Source of the DNA: a virus
Taxonomy: Duplodnaviria; Heunggongvirae; Uroviricota; Caudoviricetes
Virus record (IMG/VR): IMGVR_UViG_2690316115_000029
Direction: 5' to 3' (one strand)
Length of the DNA: 3,773 nt
Shown: in pieces, positions 1 to 3,773 of the stretch
How positions within the stretch are numbered: position 1 is the stretch's first letter
How the letters are laid out: each line of letters opens with the position of its first letter
The notes under the pieces: generated by a model
The model's input: only the letters and a program-made list of their open reading frames with translations
Told to the model about the DNA's origin: nothing
Databases searched by the model: none
Made by a program: the position numbers and the translations under genes

Positions 1-1230
1 ATGAGCAGAGCACTTAACAAACTGAGCGATACACAGCTGAGGAAAATCAACGGCACACCCGCCCAAAAAACAGCCTTTCTTAATGACGGTGGAAACCTGA
101 GCGTCAGGCATTCAACCAGTGGCCTTTTAACCTGGTATTTCACTTACAGGGCCGGAACGGGAAGGGGGGCACCACCGGAACGCATTAAGCTGGGAAATTA
201 TCCTGATCTGAGCCTGAAATCAGCCAGGGAAAAAGCCGCCCAGTGTCGCGCATGGCTGGCAGAGGGGAAAAATCCACGTCATGAGCTTAATTACACCGTA
301 CAGGAAGCGTTAAAGCCGGTAACGGTTGGCGATGCGCTCACCTACTGGCTTGAGTCGTACGCAAAGGAAAACCGCGTGGATTATGCCGCCCTGAAAAAGC
401 GCCTTAATAATCACGTAATACAGCACATTGGTGCTATGCCGCTGGATAAATGCGAGCTACGGCACTGGCTGGCCTGTTTTGACCAGGTGGCAAAGCGAAC
501 GCCTGTTACTGCCGGATTCTTGCTACAGACGTGCAAACAGGCGCTTAAGTTCTGCCGGAGGCGGCGCTATGCAATCAGCAACGTTCTTGATGATATGAGT
601 GTGGCGGACGTTGGGAAAAAACCGGATATAAGCGAGCGTGTCTTAAGCACCAAAGAACTTGGCGAATTATTGCAGGCACTGGACAAAAAAATATTTTCCC
701 CTTACTACGTCGCACTAATCCGCCTCCTGATTGTTTTCGGATGCCGGACGGTAGAACTGAGGTTATCGGAGATCAGCGAGTGGGATTTTACCGAAATGCT
801 CTGGACCGTGCCGAAAGAACACAGCAAAACGAAGGTGGCAATATTCCGGCCCATACCGGAAGCAATACTGCCGTTCGTCACGCAGCTGGTGGAGCAGAAC
901 AGGCACACGGGCTTATTGCTGGGGGAAGTGAAACAGGAAACAAGCGTGTCGCAGTACGGCAGATTAGCGCACAGGAGGCTAAAACACCCTCACTGGTCAC
1001 TGCATGACATCCGGCGCACCTTTACAACGATGCTGAACGATTTAGGCGTGGATCCTCACGTCGTGGAGCAGCTTACAGGTCATCAGATGCCAGGGATGCA
1101 ACGAGTCTATAACCATTCCCGTTATCTGGATGCGAAACGTGACGCGCTGGATATGTGGACGGAGCGGTTAGGGATACTGGCGGGAACACATGAAAATGTA
1201 ACCACATTGCCAATAGCCAGAGAAATATAA
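1..1230 (+). CDS. int: Tyrosine-type site-specific recombinase (integrase, P4-like domain architecture)
   Basis: 409-codon ORF from the track, stop TAA at 1228-1230. N-terminal arm-type region (LSDTQLRK...WYFTYRAG...KLGNYPDLSLKSAREKA...WLAEGKNP) resembles integrase N-terminal DNA-binding domains. C-terminal catalytic motifs are visible: GCRTVELR (box I Arg), HDIRRTF (His-x-x-Arg), LTGHQ, and VYNHSRY (nucleophile Tyr region). The ATG is at window position 1, so the true start and any upstream att site or promoter cannot be judged. Confidence 0.93.
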   Translation: MSRALNKLSDTQLRKINGTPAQKTAFLNDGGNLSVRHSTSGLLTWYFTYRAGTGRGAPPERIKLGNYPDLSLKSAREKAAQCRAWLAEGKNPRHELNYTVQEALKPVTVGDALTYWLESYAKENRVDYAALKKRLNNHVIQHIGAMPLDKCELRHWLACFDQVAKRTPVTAGFLLQTCKQALKFCRRRRYAISNVLDDMSVADVGKKPDISERVLSTKELGELLQALDKKIFSPYYVALIRLLIVFGCRTVELRLSEISEWDFTEMLWTVPKEHSKTKVAIFRPIPEAILPFVTQLVEQNRHTGLLLGEVKQETSVSQYGRLAHRRLKHPHWSLHDIRRTFTTMLNDLGVDPHVVEQLTGHQMPGMQRVYNHSRYLDAKRDALDMWTERLGILAGTHENVTTLPIAREI

Positions 1231-1257
1231 TTTTTTTTGCGATTTTTCAGGATGCGG

Positions 1258-1317
1258 ACAACGTGAAACAACGAGACACAACGACGAACAACAAGGAACA
1301 AAATGGAACAACGGGTT
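1258..1317. repeat. Six tandem 10-bp direct repeats, consensus ACAACGnGnA, in exact 10-bp register
   Basis: Read directly: ACAACGTGAA, ACAACGAGAC, ACAACGACGA, ACAACAAGGA, ACAAAATGGA, ACAACGGGTT starting at 1258, 1268, 1278, 1288, 1298 and 1308. The array begins 28 bp after the int stop. Function is unknown. Confidence 0.8.
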
Positions 1318-1332
1318 AAAAATCAGCCATCG

Positions 1333-1470
1333 TAATAACCATTTGATTTTTATAGGTGTACTGTTTTTTTATACACTGGCGAATCACTCTTAAAAATATG
1401 TAAAAAAGGCGTAAAAGTAAAATTTTATGCCTTTGCATCATAATGAATTAAAAGAGTTTTTATTCTCATT
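1333..1470 (+). promoter_or_regulatory. AT-rich putative promoter region for the alpA-like gene (not mapped)
   Basis: Strongly AT-rich stretch between the repeat array and the alpA leader. It contains TTGATT at 1343-1348, several TATA-like hexamers, and an IHF-consensus-like match (AATCAA-N4-TTA on the minus strand, 1336-1348). No -35/-10 pair with canonical spacing could be fixed by eye. Confidence 0.3.
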
Positions 1471-1513
1471 CCCCCTGCTTCTGTAAAACGACCGCCGCCA
1501 GTGTTTGCCATTC

Positions 1514-1566
1514 CACAAACACCCTGACACAATCCGACACAACCCAACCCAATAATCCACCCAATG
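1514..1566 (+). repeat. CA-rich, G-poor leader with GACACAA direct repeats 10 bp apart, upstream of the alpA RBS
   Basis: GACACAA occurs at 1526-1532 and 1536-1542. CCCAAT occurs at 1548-1553 and 1560-1565. Only 3 G in 1511-1570. Lies directly upstream of the AAGGGGG Shine-Dalgarno of the alpA-like gene. Confidence 0.6.
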
Positions 1567-1595
1567 ACTCTTTAAGAAACAACAAAGGGGGAATT

Positions 1596-1784
1596 GTGTT
1601 AAGCACAGATCGCTTTATACGTGAAAAAGAATGTCAGCAACTTACAGGCCTGAGCCGCTCATGTCGGTACCGCCTGGAAAAAGCCGGACAATTCCCATCA
1701 CGGCGTAAGCTGGGCGGTCGTTCCGTTGGCTGGTCTTTATCCGAAGTTCTGGCATGGAAGGACAGCTGCGAGGCAGTTCACTAA
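1596..1784 (+). CDS. alpA: AlpA-family prophage regulator / excisionase-like helix-turn-helix protein
   Basis: 62-codon ORF with GTG start at 1596, preceded by a strong SD (GGGGG at 1587-1591, 4-nt spacer). Stop TAA at 1782-1784. Sequence carries the AlpA/Vis-type pattern: HTH QQLTGLSRSCRYRLEKAGQFP followed by RRKLGGRSVGWSLSEVLAW. Position immediately downstream of an integrase fits this family. Confidence 0.85.
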   Translation: MLSTDRFIREKECQQLTGLSRSCRYRLEKAGQFPSRRKLGGRSVGWSLSEVLAWKDSCEAVH

Positions 1785-1790
1785 TCAGGC

Positions 1791-1809
1791 TGGCGGCACA
1801 CAGCCGCCA
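1791..1809 (+). other. Perfect 7-bp stem / 5-nt loop hairpin 7 nt after the alpA stop, no U-tract
   Basis: TGGCGGC (1791-1797), loop ACACA, GCCGCCA (1803-1809). Followed by CCCATCCACTAAT, so it is not a canonical intrinsic terminator on either strand. Confidence 0.5.
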
Positions 1810-1836
1810 CCCATCCACTAATACAGAGATCTAACC

Positions 1837-3255
1837 ATGAATACTGGATATTCTCCCGAACAAGGGCGGGGCTTCGTTCGTCCTGAAAAACAGAATCTGC
1901 AAAATTTTGCCGAAATTATTCCGGTTATTTCCGGCCTTACTGGCGGGAGTGAAACCAATATTGTTAACGCCAGAGCGTTGCAGATGTTTGATGATAAAAA
2001 GGGAGTAAATTTAACTTACACCCCTGACGGCAATCAGAATATGAGCATTATCTCTGAGTCAGGTTTCTACAAACTAATAAAAACAAAAAGCGCCCCGTTG
2101 CCGGAGCGCCTTTGTGAACAATTAACCAACTGCGCAAAAAATGAATCTGAGCAGTGGGATTATATCAACCATGTGGAGAAGCGCCACAATTGCCGAATAA
2201 CGGGCAAAACAAAGGCCACCCGCTACGGTGGCCCCTCGACACAAGCTACACGTTATCCCCAACGCATGAGCATTGCCAACAATGCCACATTTGCGGCTGG
2301 TGGGCAATGCAATCAGTCTGGTTCAGTTCGTTGCCATACCTGCAATGAGCGCTTTTCCCTGTACTCTTTAAGGAATTGCTCAAGGGCAAAAGCACATGGC
2401 GCGAATCTTTCTGATTCATGCTCTATCTTTCTGCGCCGTCTTTTCCGTGCCGGTGATAATGTTTTGGTCAATTCTTTATCGGTCATTGTGTTGTCCTGCA
2501 TAGCAATGCGCCGTAATACCTTACACCACGGCGCTGATGGTGATTACTCTGGTTCTTTGGTCTTGCGGCGCTGGAGTTCTTCACGTGCGACAGTGACGAG
2601 CTGCCCGATCTCCTCGGCGGCTTTGATTCCGAGTTTTTCCACCTGCGCCAGTGCATCGAGCGAAGAAACCAGGGGATTTTCTCCACTTCCTTCTGCCTGG
2701 CGCCGGGCGATCTCACCGCGTACAGCCGTAACTATAAAATTCGCTTTAGTTTCCCCTGGCTGTAGGGATGCCTCAATGCCACTCACTACTTCATGTGGAA
2801 ATCTGGCATTCAGTTGCTGTGACTTATTGTTAACAGAACTCCTGGACATGTTTGCACCTCCCATTAATAACGGGATGCAGTGTAATACAAAAGTGAATAC
2901 CAAAAAAGACTTGAAATGGTATTCACCTAAATGTAATGTGAATACCACAAGTGCTGATACATGCAATTCAGCAATTGAAACGACGAAGCCCCGCACTGTT
3001 GGAGCAGTAACGGGGCTTCTAACCACCAACGATAACGAGAGTATCGAGGTAGCTATGAGAAATCATACCACACACCCGCAAGGGCGGGACTCGCACAACC
3101 TGAATAAATACATCTGGCGTTTTATCGCCCTGAGCACTGCACAACCGCGCGTGATTACCATTGAGGCCACCAGCGAACAGGAAGCACGCCAGCAATCTCC
3201 GGCTGGCTGCGTGATGGTATTTGCTGCCCGTATTCGTCAGGGGGTAGGCTTATGA
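1837..3255 (+). CDS. Long open frame with Bro-N-like N-terminal domain; only the first ~110 codons look coding (probable truncated gene or remnant)
   Basis: 472-codon ORF from the track, ATG 1837 with no convincing SD. Residues ~50-100 (FDDKKGVNLTYTPDGNQNMSIISESGFYKLIKTKSAPLPERL) resemble the conserved core of Bro-N antirepressor-type domains (D-D-x-K-G ... G-x-Q-x-[ML]-x-[IV]-I-x-E-S-G-[LF]-Y-x-L-I ... S-x-P). From about codon 120 the translation is Ser/Cys/Arg/Ala-rich low complexity. It runs antisense through a minus-strand terminator (2203-2235) and two better-supported minus-strand genes. Confidence 0.3.
   Translation: MNTGYSPEQGRGFVRPEKQNLQNFAEIIPVISGLTGGSETNIVNARALQMFDDKKGVNLTYTPDGNQNMSIISESGFYKLIKTKSAPLPERLCEQLTNCAKNESEQWDYINHVEKRHNCRITGKTKATRYGGPSTQATRYPQRMSIANNATFAAGGQCNQSGSVRCHTCNERFSLYSLRNCSRAKAHGANLSDSCSIFLRRLFRAGDNVLVNSLSVIVLSCIAMRRNTLHHGADGDYSGSLVLRRWSSSRATVTSCPISSAALIPSFSTCASASSEETRGFSPLPSAWRRAISPRTAVTIKFALVSPGCRDASMPLTTSCGNLAFSCCDLLLTELLDMFAPPINNGMQCNTKVNTKKDLKWYSPKCNVNTTSADTCNSAIETTKPRTVGAVTGLLTTNDNESIEVAMRNHTTHPQGRDSHNLNKYIWRFIALSTAQPRVITIEATSEQEARQQSPAGCVMVFAARIRQGVGL
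2203..2235 (-). terminator. Rho-independent terminator for leftward transcription
   Basis: GGCCACC (2214-2220), loop CGCTAC, GGTGGCC (2227-2233). On the minus strand the stem is followed by TTTGTTTTG (plus-strand AAAACAAA at 2206-2213). No T-run follows it on the plus strand. Confidence 0.6.
2313..2501 (-). CDS. Small basic hypothetical protein (57-62 aa), second gene of the leftward cassette
   Basis: Track ORF MQDNTMTDKELTKTLSPARKRRRRKIEHESERFAPCAFALEQFLKEYREKRSLQVWQRTEPD. It starts 42 bp downstream of the Arc-like stop and ends about 80 bp before the minus-strand terminator. The internal ATG at 2486 has an AGGA 7 nt upstream and may be the real start. Against it: weak RBS at 2501 and several rare codons (AGA, CGG, ATA, TTA). 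Confidence 0.3.
   Translation of the reverse strand: MQDNTMTDKELTKTLSPARKRRRRKIEHESERFAPCAFALEQFLKEYREKRSLQVWQRTEPD
2544..2849 (-). CDS. Arc/Mnt-type ribbon-helix-helix DNA-binding protein (putative repressor), 101 aa
   Basis: Start chosen at ATG 2849 (residue 61 of the 161-codon track ORF) because GGGAGGTG lies 5 nt upstream; the track start at 3029 is TTG with no RBS. Product MSRSSVNNKSQQLNARFPHEVVSGIEASLQPGETKANFIVTAVRGEIARRQ... matches the Arc/Mnt N-terminal pattern (beta-strand N-x-R-[FW]-P-x-E-V, then two helices; compare P22 Arc NLRWPREV). Stop TAA at 2544-2546. Confidence 0.7.
   Translation of the reverse strand: MSRSSVNNKSQQLNARFPHEVVSGIEASLQPGETKANFIVTAVRGEIARRQAEGSGENPLVSSLDALAQVEKLGIKAAEEIGQLVTVAREELQRRKTKEPE
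2881..2946. promoter_or_regulatory. Operator-like repeats in the divergent control region: GTGAATACC twice direct, once inverted
   Basis: GTGAATACC at 2893-2901 and 2938-2946; its reverse complement GGTATTCAC at 2918-2926. TGTAAT at 2881-2886 and 2932-2937. The nearest copy is 44 bp upstream of the Arc-like start codon. Promoters for both divergent units must lie in 2850-3054, but no hexamers were confidently assigned. Confidence 0.55.
2985..3019. other. Long imperfect hairpin in the divergent intergenic region
   Basis: GAAGCCCCG (2985-2993) pairs with CGGGGCTTC (3011-3019). Inner ACTG (2995-2998) pairs with CAGT (3005-3008). No clean U-tract on the plus strand; only a weakly T-rich tail on the minus strand. 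Confidence 0.45.
3055..3255 (+). CDS. Small hypothetical protein (66 aa), candidate first gene of the rightward operon
   Basis: ATG 3055 with GAGG 5 nt upstream. Product MRNHTTHPQGRDSHNLNKYIWRFIALSTAQPRVITIEATSEQEARQQSPAGCVMVFAARIRQGVGL. Its TGA stop (3253-3255) overlaps the next ATG (3252) in an ATGA arrangement. It is the 3' end of the 472-codon frame, so it may be an artefact of that open frame. Confidence 0.35.
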   Translation: MRNHTTHPQGRDSHNLNKYIWRFIALSTAQPRVITIEATSEQEARQQSPAGCVMVFAARIRQGVGL

Positions 3256-3485
3256 GCCAGGAAATCACACTACAACAGGCAGCAGAACGCGCCCACCAAA
3301 TCGAAGTTATTTGCGCACTGGCAGAGGATTACCCTGGCATGATGACCGACAGCGAATCAGGGGCAATCATCGGCTTACTTAAACGCCTTAGCGGTGAGGT
3401 CTGCGTATTCCTGAGCGATGAACAGGAAAGAAGAACGCTTATTTCTAACGAAAAAAAATGCGGAGGGGTACACCATGTGCAATAA
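3252..3485 (+). CDS. Hypothetical protein (77 aa)
   Basis: Track ORF; ATG 3252 preceded by AGGGGGTAGG (3239-3248). Composition is ordinary and protein-like. The last 11 nt overlap the next gene. No family recognised. Confidence 0.55.
   Translation: MSQEITLQQAAERAHQIEVICALAEDYPGMMTDSESGAIIGLLKRLSGEVCVFLSDEQERRTLISNEKKCGGVHHVQ
3451..3458 (+). repeat. A8 homopolymer at the junction of the 3252 and 3475 ORFs
   Basis: Read directly (aacgAAAAAAAAtgcgg). In the 3252 ORF it encodes E-K-K (gaa aaa aaa). The downstream ORF is in the +1 frame relative to it. Confidence 0.9.
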
Positions 3486-3717
3486 CATCCGTCCGGACGC
3501 AGCCGCCGCCGCACTCACTACGCTGATGCACGCGCTTATTGATATTGAATGCACGGCAGAGCTTGCACAAAAGGAAGAACGGGAGGAATACACATTGTTC
3601 GCCCTGGAATGTATCCGATACATCGCAACGCGGTCGCTGAATGACGCTAAAAATATTCTTGTTGCTGATTGTGAAAATGGGGGGGGGTTATGCGTGATGA
3701 TCGTTTTAATTCCCTGA
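3475..3717 (+). CDS. Hypothetical protein (80 aa); start moved to the internal ATG with an RBS
   Basis: Track ORF 3418-3717, but ATG 3418 has no SD whereas ATG 3475 has GGAGGGG (3462-3468) 6 nt upstream. Product MCNNIRPDAAAAALTTLMHALIDIECTAELAQKEEREEYTLFALECIRYIATRSLNDAKNILVADCENGGGLCVMIVLIP. Stop TGA at 3715-3717. Confidence 0.5.
   Translation: MCNNIRPDAAAAALTTLMHALIDIECTAELAQKEEREEYTLFALECIRYIATRSLNDAKNILVADCENGGGLCVMIVLIP
3679..3687 (+). repeat. G9 homopolymer doubling as Gly codons of the 3475 ORF and as the SD of the 3690 ORF
   Basis: Read directly (aaaatGGGGGGGGGttATG). Encodes G-G-G in the 3475 ORF, and lies 2 nt upstream of ATG 3690. Confidence 0.9.
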
Positions 3718-3773
3718 AACAAGAATTTTCCGGCGTTCCTGATGATGCGGCTGATGCGCTTTCGTCAATATCT
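3690..3773 (+). CDS. Hypothetical protein, 5' end only (runs off the window)
   Basis: ATG 3690 directly after a G9 run that serves as SD. Reads MRDDRFNSLKQEFSGVPDDAADALSSIS to the window end. Overlaps the 3' end of the preceding ORF by 28 nt. Confidence 0.4.
   Translation, partial: MRDDRFNSLKQEFSGVPDDAADALSSIS

Noticed and set aside
705-908. 67-codon minus-strand ORF inside the integrase gene
   Set aside because: Entirely embedded in the well-supported integrase frame; Ser/Cys-rich antisense-type composition; no RBS seen.
741-1007. 88-codon plus-strand ORF in an alternative frame inside the integrase gene
   Set aside because: Out-of-frame overlap with the integrase catalytic-domain region; Gly/Ala/Arg-rich low-complexity product.
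1231-1238. T8 run immediately after the integrase stop as an intrinsic terminator
   Set aside because: No GC-rich hairpin precedes it; a T-run alone is not a terminator.
1357-1375. TGT-N13-ACA dyad (GTGTA ... TACAC) as a P2 Ogr / P4 Delta-type late-promoter activator site
   Set aside because: The known element is TGT-N12-ACA; here the spacer is 13 and the arms are only 5 bp, in AT-rich DNA where such dyads arise by chance.
1512-1561. DnaA-box-like motifs (TCCACA at 1512-1517, TAATCCACC at 1553-1561)
   Set aside because: At best 7 of 9 matches to TTATCCACA, embedded in a CA-rich repeat tract that produces such strings by composition alone.
2122-2307. 61-codon minus-strand ORF
   Set aside because: Spans the terminator hairpin and the 3' UTR structure; Cys/Gly/Ala-rich product; no RBS.
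2154-2348. 64-codon plus-strand ORF
   Set aside because: Crosses the minus-strand terminator; composition (Pro/Gln/Cys/His/Trp-rich) is not protein-like; no RBS.
2483-2716. 77-codon minus-strand ORF overlapping the Arc-like gene in another frame
   Set aside because: Arg/Ser-rich out-of-frame shadow of the RHH gene, which has the strong RBS and the recognisable fold motif.
2850-3029. 5' extension of the Arc-like ORF to the track start at 3029 (161 codons)
   Set aside because: Codon 3027-3029 is TTG with no RBS; the extension would translate through the operator repeats; ATG 2849 has GGGAGGTG at ideal spacing.
3418-3474. Upstream ATG 3418 as start of the 3475 ORF
   Set aside because: No SD upstream of 3418, and it would overlap the preceding gene by 68 nt; the internal ATG 3475 has GGAGGGG 6 nt upstream.
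3329-3514. 61-codon minus-strand ORF
   Set aside because: Antisense to the better-supported plus-strand ORFs with RBSs; Ser/Cys/Arg-rich.
3375-3722. 115-codon minus-strand ORF
   Set aside because: Antisense to two plus-strand ORFs that have good RBSs and coupling; product is Ser/Ala-rich low complexity.
1-3773. CRISPR array, tRNA/rRNA genes, transposase or IS inverted repeats
   Set aside because: No regularly spaced repeat-spacer pattern, no cloverleaf-capable conserved tRNA boxes and no transposase-like ORF were recognised by eye. This is a negative from manual reading, not from a search tool.

Overview
This 3.8-kb window reads as the integrase-proximal regulatory arm of an integrative mobile element (P4-like or genomic-island type). 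It holds a complete tyrosine integrase (1-1230), a 365-bp spacer packed with 10-bp-phased CA-rich direct repeats, and an AlpA-family regulator (1596-1784, GTG start). Next comes an ORF with a Bro-N-like N-terminus that stays open for 472 codons but looks coding only for about the first 110. On the minus strand sits an Arc/Mnt-type ribbon-helix-helix repressor (2849-2544) followed by a small basic ORF and an intrinsic terminator (2203-2235). A divergent control region carries GTGAATACC operator-like repeats, and a rightward operon of small overlapping ORFs has its junctions on A8 and G9 homopolymers. I recognised no rRNA, tRNA, CRISPR array or transposase, and I cannot name a defence system from this window. 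The items most worth follow-up are the phased repeat array, the chimeric long ORF, the repressor switch and the homopolymer-linked gene junctions. All calls are from reading motifs by eye; no database search or folding calculation was run.
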